DNA of 64,000 bases from Squalus acanthias (lineage: Eukaryota), in contig CM059443.1 of the NCBI GenBank assembly GCA_030390025.1, positions 23,622,001 to 23,686,000 on the forward strand, given 5' to 3'. This document shows, piece by piece, positions 1-15,100 of the stretch; position 1 is the stretch's first letter, and each line of letters begins with the position of its first letter. The notes beneath the pieces are model-generated. The model made no database searches and was not told the DNA's origin. It saw only the letters and a program-made list of their open reading frames with translations. Position numbers and translations under genes: made by a program.

Positions 1-98
1 CAAATTGTCTGATAATGTTAAGTCACATTGTGAATGCTGATTCTATGTACAGCTACAGTAAGCTTGTCATATTGTTCTAACACCTATTTTTCTGTTAG

Positions 99-172
99 TT
101 TGGAGCCCTTACCCCGCTTGAGCCACGGCTGGGGAAAAAACTCATCGAACCACTGACAAATTTAATACACAG
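99..172 (+). CDS. AP3D1: AP3D1 exon (FGALTPLEPRLGKKLIEPLTNLIHS)
   Basis: tctgttAG acceptor, AG|GTtagt donor, 74 nt. Confidence 0.95.
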
Positions 173-3100
173 GTTAGTAGTTGCATGTCATGGTCACTTT
201 TTCCACTTGGGTGGTGGTATTTGTCCACCCAAGAGTGTATGCAGATAAGTCGCATACTTTTAAGTCTCATGATGTGCAGAAGACGAAAGTGGCATTGTTC
301 CGTGTGCTTGCCAAGCTTGCTCCGTATGAGTAATTATCTTGATCAGCAAGATCAAGTCTTGCAGTTATCCGTCTATTTCCAAAATCTCCAGAATGATCTC
401 CAAACATCAAACTCCTGTTTGTAGTGCGATGGCGGAATCCTAAAATAACATTGTTTTGCAATAGGACCTCTGAAGATTTACTGAAGGAATTCTTTGCAGA
501 AAGGATCGTGCAGCCTTAAGTTGACAAGATTCCTTAAATGCCATGCCTGTCTTTCAAAATTAGATCTTGTCATGTGATTTTGGAAAAACCGCCATAATAA
601 AAAGCTAGTTGTACTGTACAGACACAGCTTCATTTGAGGATAAGATTTGCAAAAAGCATTTTGGCAGTCGTCATATTTTGATTTCAACAATCTTTATTTT
701 TGCATAAAGCTCCAGTCTGAATACTGTAAAGCTTTGTAACTCTTCATTTAGAAGCATTTTGTAATTTAAAGACATGTTTGTCATAAAGCAGTAACATGAC
801 CACAAGCTTGTTGTATGTTTATTATATAGAATTTCACCTTATTCAGATAACTCTCTTCACCTTCCTCTCCCTGCCCCAGCAGAAAATGTTGAAGGTTTCT
901 TGACTTGAGAATTGTTCTCATTATGATAGAAATTTTAAATTACTGGTCGCTTGATTTCTTGAAGTGAATTTAATTTTTAATGTGACGAGTGGAGAGATAT
1001 TATAAGGCTTCTTATAGTGAGGGTTAGTCATTGCTGCCACATTTGGGAATTGCTGCAAAAGTTTAGCCAACTCATGGGCTCGGATGGCGTTTTATTAATC
1101 GGTAATCTGGTTATTTACAATCACTGTTAATATAAGGAGTGGTGCTTGCCCTCCTTTTCAAAGGTGGAACCTGTGGCTTTTCTGCAACAATAGCTTTCTA
1201 AATTTACTTCAGCTTGTATTGTGGCCAGAGGAGGGAGGGGAGGGGTGGGGTGGGACAGGCAGAGGCAGAGTGAGGCCAGGAAAGGGACGGAAATATGTAT
1301 TATAAACATTTAAAATTATCAGTGGCCTGTTACAAATATGGGGTATGTAAATTCTCTGAATATCCACCCATTGTGTGCAGTATCATTCAATTGCTTCAAC
1401 TGTAAGCAGCACTTGGGTGACGGCGTGATGCTGAGCTGAGGAGTGAACAGTGCCGGGAAGAAAATGGAGGGGGAGTCACATCTGGGCCTGTCTGAAACTG
1501 CGGCGGGAGGAGTGAGAAACTGTCGGCATGAAATTGGAAGGATGGATGGCAAAAGTGGTAACATGAAATTTGCAGCAGGGCCAACTGTGCCAGCATGACA
1601 TTGGAGAGGGGCAATAGTGCCAGCTTGAACTTGCAAGGAAGGGGGAGAAGCATGACAAATCATCAAAAGAGTAAGAAACCTGCACTATCTCAAACAGGGC
1701 GGTCTTGTATGTATGCCTCCAGGCTATATCGTGAAAAGTTGAGTGACCCGTAAAGAAAAAAGTTTGACACCTCTGTTGTATTATAAATACAACAACAATT
1801 CTGCAAAAATGCATTATGATCCCACTTGTATGAAATCCAAACTGATCTCAAATCATTCATGTATTAAGAAGTGAAGAAAATACTTTCTTTTCTTTGCAGC
1901 ACCTCAGCCATGTCCCTTTTGTATGAATGTGTGAACACCGTAATAGCAGGTAATACATCCTCTGGTGATCTGGAGCATTTTTGCTTTGCAGTGCAAAACA
2001 GTTGTTAAGCAGTTTTAATGGTGATCTGTTACGAAATCAAATGCCTATGTGTATATTTAGTTGTCGTACATAAACTTTGCGAAATCCTATTGTACAAGAT
2101 TTTTTTTAAGTTTAATAATGTATGCAAGAGGTGCTGCAACATTGTTAGAACTGTCGTACACTGAATCATGGAGCGAGTCAACTTCTAAGTTAAGAAAGCA
2201 AATGTATACTGGAAAAACAACGAGAATAAAACGTTTATTATGACGTTTATGAAGAAAGCATTAAAACTTGGGCAGAATTGAACTAAGAACAGAAAAATAC
2301 ATATGAAGAAAATTAGATACGAGTCAAATTTAAGACATAAGGCAAATATGTCATGGTGCAACAGGTTCCAAAATGTGTATAATCATTATTTCAGAAAGAT
2401 CACTGTTCCAGTTTACTTTAATTTTGTGAAAGTCCCTTCAGCTAACTTTATTGTGGCTTATCTTAAACAGATGAATGTAGATTTAATGTACATGGTTACC
2501 AGCTGCGAAGTACTTTAGCAGAAGTGGGAAGAAATTTTGCAGAACTTGGTGTTAGCTTGCTTCACTGTTGGCATTCTTGCCTTTGAGGGAGGTCATGGGT
2601 TGAGGTCCCACTGCAGGACTTAAGCACACTTCTTCACTGCAGTGTTGAGGTACCTTCTTAAAGATGCTATCTTTTGGATAAGGGGTTAAACCAAGGTCCT
2701 GTCTGCCTGTTGAGGTGGACTTGGAAGATCCCATGGCACTATTTGAAGAAGAGCAGGGGAGTTCTCCTGGCCAGCAATTATTCCTCAACCAACACCACCA
2801 AAACAGATTATGTTCATTCATCTCATTGCTGTTCGTAGGACCTTGCTGCTTACAAATTGGCTTCCATGTTTGCCTACATAAGTGATTACACTTTTGGGAC
2901 AGATGTAAAAATTGTGTTTTTCTCCTCTACCAACCATCTCATTTTACCCTTCTCCTCTGACCCCTCCACCATAGACTCCAACAAATGCGATGAGCTCATG
3001 GACTTGATTAGCATTAAGATAGGGACCATCTGTTTAGCTGCCTCTGCTGCATCTCTACCTTCTCCTTGCCTACCAAGTCAAACCTCCTCCAAGGGATGCC

Positions 3101-6100
3101 CTAGCCTTGAATCTACATCTATCTCGAGTTTCACTCCTGTCTTCCTTTGTGCCACTTCCAAGCTCATCTTGCCCATGAAACCTGCCTCTCTTGACCCCAT
3201 TCCCTTTAAACTGCTGAGTACCTGACTTCTCTCCCTGGCCCTTTTGCTAGCTAACATTGTTAATGATTCCATCTCCTCGGGTGCTGTCCCCCCTCCTTTA
3301 CAAAACCACCATTATCACCACCTCCCCTTGAAAAATCCACCCTGAACCCTCTGTCCTTGCAAACTACCGCCCATCTACAACTTCTCTTTCGTCGCCAAAG
3401 TCCTTGAACATTTTGTCGCTTCCCAAGTCCGTGCCTATCACTCCTATGTATAAATCTGTCCAATCAGCTTTCAGCCACTGCCACAGCACTGAAGGCGCTC
3501 TAATCGAATTCACAAATGACATCCTTTGTGACTGTGACGCATTACCCATCCTCATCCTCTTGACCTTTCTGGAGCCCTTCACGCGGTCAATAATTCCATC
3601 CTCCTCTAATGTCTGTCTGTCCGTCGTCCAGCTCAGTGTAACTGCCCTCGATTCCACTATTAGCTATCAAATTGTAGCCAGAGCATCTCCAGCAATGGCT
3701 TCTCTTCCTACCCCTGCACCACCACCTCGGGACTCCCCAAGGATCTAACCTTGGCCCCTCCTCATCCTCATCTACATACTGGTAACATCATCTGAAGATA
3801 TTGGGTCATCTTCCACGTGTATGCTGATGACACCCAGGTCTACCTTTCCACCGCCTCTCTCGACCCCACCATTACCTCTGTTGTGACACTACTTGTCCTG
3901 GATCAGCCACCGTTTTCTCCAGTTAAATACTAGGGAGACCAAAGCCACGTTTCGGCCACCGCCACAAACTTCAAACTCTTGCCAGCGATTCCATCCCTCT
4001 CCTGTCTCTGGTTGAGCCAGACTGTATGCAACCTCGCTTCCTGTTTGACCCCAACTGCGCTTCTAACCCTGTATCCTCTCCATCACCAAGACTGCCTACC
4101 ACCACCACCATATGGGATCCTCTGTTTTATAAATTATGCAAAAAGTAAAGAAGCAATGGCAAACATAGATCATTGGTTAGGCCACAGTTAAAATTGTGTC
4201 CAGTTTTGGGCGCTTTAGAAAGGGTATAGAAGCCATGACGTGAAACTGGGACTCTTCATTAAAACAGATGATTAAGAGGCAAACTGATGGGATGTTCTAC
4301 TAAAGAGAGAGGAAAAACTGTTTTCCCCTAGTCGGTGAGTCTGTAACTGGAGGGCATAAATTGAAGATAATTAGCATAAGAACAAACGTAGAGGTTAGGA
4401 AAAATGTTACTACCCATTCTGTTAGGACATGATGTGATGCAAGCATAATCCGTTATAGGTTTTAAGGAGAAGTGGATTTATATTTGGAAAGAGAAGAATT
4501 AAAAGGGGTGTGGGGGAAAAGGCAGTGGAGTTAGTTACTGGATAGTTCTGTCATTGAGCCTGCACGAGCCCAATTGAATTTCTGTGGTGTAAAATTCTAA
4601 GTTTCTTTGCTCTTGTGACCCCCTGCTGTTCATAATTCATATTTGTGCACTTCCGAATTGAGACAGTCTCCTCTTTCATTCTAATGGTATATTCTCAATT
4701 GTCTATCAGTATATCTACAAATAATTTACACTATTTGAAGCAGGTGTCTTGGTTCAATGTTTCTCCTTCAACGTAAAGCATTATGAACTTTATGGGCTAT
4801 TGAATTCATTGTTTTTGTCAGAAAAATCTTTTCCAGATTGGGGCTAATATTTTATTTCTTCTACAGTGCTCATCTCTTTATCTTCTGGAATGCCGAATCA
4901 CAGTGCCAGCATCCAGGTAACAACTTTTCTCAAAACATAACATCCTCTGTCAAAATGCATTGTTTTGTGTACGTACATGTATGTCAGCGCTTTCTTGACC
5001 GATCGGAAATGGCGGTTTCCAGCACATGCACTGTGCATGCCTGAAACCGGCATTTCTGATGTGCCTACGGGTGGGTACACAGCGCGTATCCACCCATAGG
5101 GGGATCGGAATATCCGGCCCAAGAATTAGAAGTAGGCCATATAGCCCTTCGAGCTTGCTCTGCCATTTAATAAGATCATGACTGATCTTCGACCTTAACT
5201 CCACTTTTCCGCCCGATCGCCATATCCCTTGATTTCCTCGAGTCCAAAAATCTGTCTATCTCAGCCTTGAATATACTCAACGACTGAGCGTTCACAGCCC
5301 TTTGGGGTAGAGAATTCCAAAGATTCACAACCCTCCGAGTGAAGCAATTCCTCCTTGTCTCAGTCTTAAATGGCCGACCACTTATCCTGAGACTATGACC
5401 CCTAGTTTGAGACGCTCCAGCCAGGGGGGAACAACCTCTCAGCGTCTACCCTGTCAATGTTCAGTTGATCGCGATGCCTTTTAATAAGCTAATATTGTAG
5501 GATTTGTGTTTTTGCTGCATCTTTCTGCTTGACAGTTACAGATCACTGTTGGTCTGCCTCTTATTGCCGCAAGCTTGACATACTTTTTTTTCTATTCAGC
5601 TTTGTGTGCAGAAATTGCGAATTCTCATTGAAGATTCTGACCAAAACTGTAAGTAGGTAGTTATATTGTGCAGTTATATTTTATTTCTTTTGTTTGGATT
5701 TTTAAATATCACCCCCCCCCCCCCCCCCCTCCCTTTTTTTTTTAAATCCTTGTCACTCTGTTCCATTTTCTGAGATGAAAAAGCTGCTGAAACTGTGCAC
5801 TTGTCAGACCATGGGCTTCACTGCCATCCATGCCAAGCCATGGTTGGCCAACATTCATGTTACTTTGGTGTAGACACATGCTGGCCTTTTCTCTGGGGAT
5901 GAAATGCTTTGCCATCCAAGTGTTCCTACCTACTGGCCCAGGCATGAATTGTCAGATGTTACCCATCGCAGATGATGAATTTTAAATTGTGCTCAAGGCT
6001 TGGCTCTGAGATTTGGTCCCTTAACAAGAACCTAATGCTGTTTAGATAGAGCTTCCAGGATTCTGCACTGAAGTACCTAACTTTAAAAAAAAACTTCTTG

Positions 6101-9100
6101 CCATTATAGGTAATATTTAAATATTTTTCCTACAGTATTTGTTTATATTGTAATTATTCTGACCAGTTGTCAAGGATTCTGAACTGTCTTGCAGTGAAGT
6201 ACCTGGGTTTGCTGGCCATGTCGAAAATTTTGAAGACTCATCCTAAGTCTGTACAATCCCACAAGGATCTTATTTTACAGTGTTTGGATGACAAGGATGA
6301 ATCTATAAGACTCCGAGCTTTAGATCTTCTGTATGGAATGGTAATTTAATATCGTCTTTTTGTGACTTGATGTATTTCTGTTAAGTTTTTGATGAAACAA
6401 ATGAAAATTTCAGTGAACAGTGCTAACCTGGCACTTCTGTTAATCTGTTAGGCCTTCTAAGTAATAAGTTTGTTGATTTAAGACTAGTGCATTGTCTCAG
6501 ATTTTGAGTTTAATCAATCATAGTCCAGTAGCCCATCCATGTTCACTGTGTAGGCTCACGCATGAAAAATGACCACTTGCATGATGAATCAGAAGGCTGC
6601 AAACACCTGTAGAACTGTACCCCAGCATAAATTGGCACTTTCAAGAGAGGAGCAAAGCAGAGAAAGTTGATACTTAAAATTACTGTTGTGGCAAGGTGTA
6701 CCACTGAATTTTCCTAGAAACCTAAATGTTACACTGGGAAATATCTACACATTTTATGGTGCACTTCAGCTATCTTTTTAATACAGGGCTTCATGCTTAA
6801 GCGCTGCTGATTAAAGGCAGCCTGGGTATAGATTTGTTGTGGAACACACTACTTTAGTTGCAGTCCTGTAGGGTTCATGTAAATACCAGCTGTCACATGC
6901 AGCCAGTTACGGTAATGTTAGGTTGGCATCCTAGTATTTTTGCTGAAATATATTTGAGGGTTAGAATGAGATTTCAGAGTTGTTCTTCACAGGGATATTG
7001 TGTACTTATGCACTTCACTCGGTTAGTTGCAACCCACGCTGCCATGGACTCTCTCAAATTTAATTAATTAATTTGTTGGAAATGGTCACCATTATGAGCT
7101 AAATTGTCATTTCTTGTTTTCCAATTGTGTAATACCATAGCTGCTCTTCATAGTTAATCCAGTAAAAGTTTAGTCGGCATGCACTTGAAAGCCTTTGTAT
7201 TTTTCTGTAAATATTGCAGATACATCTTTTAAAACCAACCTTTTATTTCTCCAACTTTATTATAAGCTGTACAAATGTACAAGTACGATTCTATTTTTGA
7301 TTGACGTCAATGTTTTTCAACGGTGGCGCTTTAGAGTCATGACGTATGCACATTAAATAAATGATTCATTTCAATTATGGACAGTATGACTGGATACCCC
7401 ACTGACTGAAGTCATTAATCAAACTATAAATACAACTGTCCTTAATGTCAGGGCTGCCATCTATAATCAGTTAAAGCTATAGACAAACCATTGAAAATTA
7501 GTGCTTGTATTGTCTAATTCTAGAAAAGCCAACATGTTGGCTGACGCAAAACATTATCCTACTTTCTGGTTTCTCCGTTATTAATAATCTTGAATGTGCT
7601 AAATTGATTTTCATATTTTTACTGGTAACGGGTCAAGCCCATCTTCTTCGTATTCTGTTCTTTCTTTCCAATCTACAAATTTACATTTTGTAATAGCTAG
7701 TTTGGGGTGGGGAAGCAGATTTTGCCAGCAGAGGAGTATGAAGCAAAAATCAGACACCTGGATTTAAACAGTTCTGGACTAGAAATAAAAATGTAATTCA
7801 GTTTTCATTTTTTTTTAAATTCTATTTTGGTATCATTTTGGAGGTTCACCACTGGGTCTATATACTATATTGTGATTTTTAAAAACTGTGAGTACTCGAT
7901 GGTTTATAATTTATTTGCGATTAAGTTTTTCTTAACTCAAATGTTGGTAGGTTTCAAAGAAGAACTTGATGGAAATAGTTAAGAAATTAATGATTCACGT
8001 AGATAAAGCAGAAGGCACAACGTACAGAGATGAGCTCCTCACAAAAATCATCGACATTTGCAGCCAGTCCAACTATCAGTACATCACCAATTTCGAATGG
8101 TGAGTTTTCAGTAGTCACCATAATACATTTTTAACATTGACTATCTCAATCTAGAATATCCTTAAGTTTTATGCTATTTTTTAAATTGTCCTAAGGCTTT
8201 GCAAATGTTGTTGTTTAAGTTGCTATAAAGTCATGTTTTGCTCCCAAAACAAATTTCTTAAAATGTTGATGTGCTTCATATTTTTAAAACACAGGTATAT
8301 TAGCATCCTGGTGGAACTGACTCGACTGGAAGGAACGCGACATGGCCACCTAATTGCAGCACAAATGCTTGATGTAGCTATCCGAGTGAAGGCTATCCGA
8401 GCATTCGCCGTGTCACAGATGGCTATGCTGTTGGATAACGCCCATCTGCTTGCTGGCAATATGCAAAGAAATGGTATCTGTGAAGTTCTGTATGCTGCTG
8501 CGTGGATCTGTGGTGAATTCTCAGAGTATGTACTGCCTAAAATAGCACTTAAAAAAAAAAAAATGAAAATTGAAGGTTGCTGTGTCGTGGTTGCATTTAT
8601 TTCTGTGCTCAAGATGAAGGATTTTAGTATTGGCAAATGGAATACTTGCATTTCAGGCCCTCATATCCATATCATGCATTCCCAGGTCAGGTGCACCAAC
8701 CAGATGCAGAGTTTCTTTATGCTGTGCCCTAACAATGTTCTTCAGCTCCAACCTCAAAAGAGCCCCTGCCCCCTCCCATCCACTGCACCAGTCTGATATT
8801 TTACCATTTCCCACACCAGCCATCCTTAGGCCTGTCTCAATGGCATTGCTGAATTTGGGCCAGTTTTGTCATGTAAGCCCATTCCCCCAGGAACTGCACA
8901 GACTCATTTAATTAAAATTGTGCAAGGTTTTATAAAACTGAAAATTGGTCGATTTTTGTTCGAGACATTAATCAACTGAAAAATTGCATTCGAACTATTT
9001 CGCAGAAACATCGGAATAGGAGTAGGCCATCCAGCCCCGAGAGCCTGTTCTGCCATTCAATCAGATCTTGGCTGATCTGTACTTCAACGACATTTACCTG

Positions 9101-12100
9101 CCTTTGTTCCATATCCCTTGATGCCTTTGCCGAACACAAATCTTTTGATCTCGGTCAGAGAGCATTCCCTTTACCCCTACTCTCTGTCTGAAACTTACCA
9201 ACCAATTAACAACCAATTTCAGAAATTCAGTGTACATACAGTTCTAACTTGTGTGTGTTTTCCAGACATCTTCAAGAGCCTAATCAAACATTGGAAGCTA
9301 TGCTGAAGTCCAAAGTCACAACACTGCCAGGACACATCCAGGCAGTTTATGTGCAGAACGCTGGAAAGCTGTACGCATCAGTATTGCAACAGCACGAGCA
9401 AGCAGGCAACAAGGAAGCTGCTCAGGAAATAACACAAATGTTGATTGACAAGCTACCCCAATTTGTTCAGAATGCAGACCTTGAAGTGCAGGAGCGGGTA
9501 TGTGAGCAGCCTTTACTTTCACCGCAGAGTATGTAATAATCACGCTGTACCATTGTTGTAGTGTTTTTGATATATTCATTCCTTGCTGTTGTAAATCTGC
9601 TTTGAGTGTTATATTAACTTGCCTTTGAGTTGTCTGCTCTCTTTGCTGCCCCCGCCCCCCCCCCCCCCCCCTGCAAAATCCATTGAATAAATGTACATTT
9701 TTTTCCTTGACATTTTCCCATCTCCTTTGAAAACATTGATCTATTGTTGGACTCCTGGGAACCAGTCATCTAGTATATTGCTTGAACTCCTGTTACTCAT
9801 GCATGATTCTGAACCATGATTGTTGAGCGACTACTCAGTCACGACTGGCATTATAGCCAAGCACTCCATTCCTCCTCCGACATCCACACGTACCTTCAGC
9901 AAAGGTCGCTAGTTAGTTGGAACCCTGGAAAAAATTTTCTCCCTTAACCCAGAAGCACTGAGGTGTTATGTAGCATCCCTATCGTTCCCTTGGTTGACTG
10001 GACACTGAACCTCAGACTTTCTGACTCCATTAAGTTTTAAATATCATATGAAAGAATGCAGATTCACCGATAGTCGAGTGTAATATCGATAGTGTTTACT
10101 ATTTATTGGTGTTGATATGTATTGCACAATCTTGGGCTCTAGATGTTTGAAGTCATTTTCTGATAGGTTGACATCTAAATGAGGAATATTGTGATCGCTG
10201 GTCTGTGTTGATGAGAAATGTACAGCAAATGTTCTGACATGTATTACTTTGGGATATTTTGATATCTTCAGAACCATACTGTTAGTTGCAGTATATTTTG
10301 TTTAGATTCATTAGTTCTCCCTATTTGTTCACTCCATCTTTAACATAACCTTGGCACGGTTGACAGTCTTGCGGTGAATCAATGGGGTAGTTGCCCTTTT
10401 GAAGAAGCTTTCATACTTCGCCCCGTGGGTTCATGTAATCGATCTTCCAAAAATTCTATCTCTATTCTTTCATCAAACTTTCTGCTAACAGTACAAAATC
10501 TGTGTTTTGCATGGTTAAAATTTTATTCTTGATTATTTTAACTGGAAAGCATAAATGCAGCTTTAGCTTTGAGAACTAAATGGCTAAGTTCTTCAGAAAA
10601 CAGCCATCACTTTTTCTGCTACAGTGGCATCCATAGCTTGAAACTTCTGAATATATTTCATCAGCTGCAGAATGCAGCTAGTGTGGAATATATCCATTCC
10701 ACCACATCCTCTCCTGCACAAAATCCCACTCTTTTTAACCCCCCCCCCCAATTATTTCTGTCCTTGCCAAGGTTAACCTTTTTCCTGCACCACTGTGGAT
10801 AGATTGAGCTCCTCATCCATGTGTTTAAATCCCTCTTGGGCCTTGCCCCACCCCTCTCTCTGATTGTGTTCAATGAATCAATGAAACTTGTGTCCTAAGT
10901 ATATGGTAGTAACCATTGCCCGTATTTGAAGCTTTATGCTTCAAGACAATGTTGCTGAACACACAAAATTCGAAAATCAGGAAATTAGCCCTGCCCGTTC
11001 CTGACAGTAATGCAGTGGATAGGTTCAGCTATGCCCACAATCAACAGTTTAAGGTGCAATTTCCCTGAAATGCAGGAAAGTCATTTTTGTTCCTGCTAGG
11101 AATTCGGGCAGGGTTATGATAGCTCATGTCTTTAACCTGAAAATTTAGTAGTTATACCTTTTTTGAGCTATGTTCATTTTAGACACGTACTCATTTTTGT
11201 GCTTCATGAGCAGAAGTCTGCTCTGATGGCTTACTGTTGTTAATTGGCGCACAACACTAAATCATTTCGCTTGTGAAGTCCCCACAGCCAGTGGTTCAAA
11301 TCTTTAGTCTTTATATATGCAAATTATTTGATGTGAATATGAATCATATGGTGTGAATGTTCTACAAATATCCTTCAATAAATGTCATCTTTGACTTTTA
11401 TTTTCCAGGCTTCCTGTATTCTTCAGCTAATAAAATATATACAAAAGCTTCAAACTAAGGATGTCCCTGTTGCAGAAGAAGTGATGGCTTTGTTTGCTGG
11501 AGAACTTAACCCTGTCGCTCCTAAAGCACAGAAGAAAGTTCCATTGCCAGATGGGTGAGACCTCTATTTTCAGCATTTCAAGAGCATTTAACAGTACCTG
11601 TGCCAATTTCAAGAACTGAGCTTTTTATAGTTGTGATCTTTTCTGTGATTTAGGTAAATGGTTGTCCAAACCAAACTGAATTATAATTGGAAAACAAAAT
11701 TTGCTGCATTACTTGCTAAGTAAGAACAGCATGAACTTTTTCACTTCCTGGTTCATCCTATTGTCTTGGTGCCCTACTAAATCAGGTTTACAAGTACTGT
11801 GCATTGTTAACATTGAGTTACAGCCTTGCATTGTTAAATGCTGTAGCTCCTCTCCAGACCAAATGGACAAAGGCCAGTTAAATACAAAACCAAACAGATT
11901 AACAAATTCCTAGGTTCAATTCTGAGTCTCCACTGAGTTAACTGACCTCGGAGATCAGCCAAAATTCCTGCTTCTGACAAAGGTTTAGTGAGCCCTATTG
12001 GAGAGTGCACATATGGGCATCAAGTGACATCAGACTTATCTTGGCTTTGATGTCCCCATAATTGAATAGCAGCTGACACCCCCCCCTCCCTCCCCATCTA

Positions 12101-15100
12101 GGTTCACACATGAAAAATGATCACTTTGGTCAAAGTACTGGAGACAGCCAGTGTCCGCAGAACTGTACCCCGGCACCTTGAGGAAACAAGGAGAGAAAAT
12201 ATAGTCGTAGGTAGAGTGGGATAAGTCTTCTGTACACAATGGCAACTACATTTAGACCCCTTCATTTATTCTTGCAGTCATGTGAACTGGCAGCACTTAA
12301 CTATCTTTTCCCAGTGCTCAATGATATAGATGGTTTCTTTTGCATAAACATATTTTCTTCTCCATAAAAACTGCCATCGTCACCTCCCTCAAGACCAGCC
12401 ATGACCCCTCTGTCTTTCCAACAATTCTAACCTCAATTTTTCTCTCCAAGGTCCCTGGTTTGATTTTTGACCTCTTAACACTCTCCTGTCTGGGGATTGG
12501 CCAAACGGGGCTGACAATTAAACCAGCTTATCTGCCCCTTCTTCCCAGAGCAGAGAACTTGATGCTCTATGCATTAATTCTCTCCCAACACATTCATGTG
12601 TGAATGACCACCTGTAGGTGTCAGAATGTGATAATGATCCACCAATTGTTCAGACTGTTGACTAGCACTTTCCATGGCTGGCCCATTAACTTCTAGGACA
12701 TAACTATTTCCTCTTGCTCTGGCCTGCTTTCCTCAGTCAACAGAAAGAAAAGGATGATGGCCCTTTGGGAGTTAACCCCTAGAATTCTAAATCTGAAGTT
12801 CATATTCAAAATATAGAACTTAAATCAAAAAGCCTTTCTTGATAAATAGATGAAAATCCCTAATGTGACAGATGCTAACCAATGTGTGATAATTCACCGA
12901 TATCTAGATAGGCTAGGTTAGTAGGCAGAGAGAAATAAGCACAAACTCCTGAGACTCTGGGAAAAGTAGGATGAGGAAAGTTTTATTGAGGTCTTCAAGC
13001 TTTATGTGGGTTATGGATCTAGGTAAGTTTTTCTTTTGGCACAGGATTCTAAGGTAGATGGTTAGATATCAAAAGAAAATAAGAAATTTAGGCAACATTT
13101 TTGTTTGTGAAAGGGTGATAAGATTGTGGAACAGTTTGCCAGCAGAGGTGCTTTTTAATACTGATGGATGAATTTGTATTGCGAAAGAGAATATAGTGCG
13201 ATCAGTTCCAGAGTCACAGTAAGGATGCTGATTGGAAATGGTCAATATGCAGAAGGTTCACTAGAATTTGGTTAGTGTCTTTGAGATACAAGACAGATGA
13301 ATTTGTGGAAAGCACATTCAGAGGCATTCTTGCCCTTTCTCAAATTGAGATCCATGCATCTCGGGGAGTATCAGGAATTGAGCTTGGAGAGTAGTTTTGG
13401 AAAAACTTGTAAGAGAAGAACTAATTCTGGGGCCAGTTTTTTTTCGTAAAATTCAATTAGGAAACCATCAGGTCCAGGGCCCCAGTTAATCTGAAAAGAG
13501 TCTATGGCTTGGAGAAACTCCTCTGATGGCACAGGTGCAGCCAAATCATCCTCCTCCTCCTCCTCATACTCCAAAATCACTAGCCAAAGATGATACTGGT
13601 TACTGCAAATTGATCTCGTGAGCATCCCTGGATTCTGACTTGGAGAATTTAGAATGAAACTGGTTAGATTCATTGTTAATCTTAGGATGACTAAATCAAC
13701 CATTCCCTGAATTCACCACAGGAATATTGCCACTATTTTGTTGTTCCCTGAAGGTGTAGCCAGAAGATGTCTTTGTTTACTTCCATTCTCCCAGTATAGA
13801 ATTTCTGTGAATTGAATAAGACACTCAGGTACTTCCTACATGAGAAATCAAAAGTGTTTCCTATTGTGCCTCCTACAGGGCATGCGGGATCTTAAATCTG
13901 ATGAGCCTTGTGAGCAGATTCAAATTGAGAAATCTGCTCCTCCCGTTGCTTCTCGGAAGTCAAAGCCTCCTTCCTCTTAGTGGAGACAATATTAGCACCT
14001 TGATCAATTTTTGACAAAAAGAGGTCCGAAGGATATATTTGTATTCAAGGAAAATTATTAAGGAGTCCCAAATCATAGAGAGAAACTACAGAATGCCATG
14101 GAAGATAGTAGATGCTCCAGCTCCTTCAAAACTTGCCATGTCATTGTGGTCGTATATATATGCATGTGCAGTGGTCTTCCAGGTTGGAGGAAGCCTCTTA
14201 AGATGCCAATTGTGTGGCCTTGCCTATGTGACAAGAATGACGTATATAAACTCCATGCTTTGCCTTTGTTTTATATGTACTTGAAAATGTGTTTTATTTG
14301 GCCTCTCTCTCTTCAGGTTGGATCTTGATGCCTGGATCAATGATGCACCTTCAGAAAGCTCTTCAGATGACGAAAGCACTAAGAAAACAATCTTCCATGA
14401 GGAGGAACAAAGAACTGTCAGACACAGACAACCAGAAATGGATGAAGATGAGCTTGCTAGGGTAAGAAACAGCAAGGGGCAGAAAACACTGGTGGAAGTA
14501 GTTTATAGGCTCCCTAACAGTAATTGTAGTGTTGGGCAGAGTATAAATCAGGAAATTAGAGGTGCATGTAACAAGGGTAATACAGTAATTATAGGCGACT
14601 TTAATCTTCATAGACTGGTAAAACCAAATTTGCAGTAATAGTGTGGAAGATGAATTCATGGAATGCATTCAAGATAGTTTTCTAGACCAGCATGACGAGG
14701 AACCAACTAGGGAACAGACTATTTTAGATCTAGTATTGTGCAATGAGACAGGGTTAATAACCTTGGAGCAAAGGAGCCCTTGAGGAAGAGTGATCATAAT
14801 ATGAAAGAATTTTATGTTGAGTTTGAGAGTGACATAGTTAAGTCCGAAACTAGGGTCTGGCATCTGAACAAAGCAAACTACGTAGGTATGAGGGCTGAGT
14901 TGGCTACGGTAGATTGGGAAACTAGATTAGATTAAAACTTATGACTGTAGATAAGCAATGGCAAACATTTAAAGAGTTAATTCATAATTTGCAACAGATA
15001 TACATTCCCCATAGGAATAAAAACCCCATGGGATTAGTAGTCCAACTGTGGCTAACGAGAAGTTGTAAAGATAGTATTAGATTAAAGGAAGAGGCTTATA

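Noticed and set aside
7301-7310. Palindromic CRE (TTGACGTCAA)
   Set aside because: Isolated intronic motif that could occur by chance
8233-8796. 187-aa ORF as a standalone gene
   Set aside because: Only 8295-8525 is exon; the rest is intronic read-through
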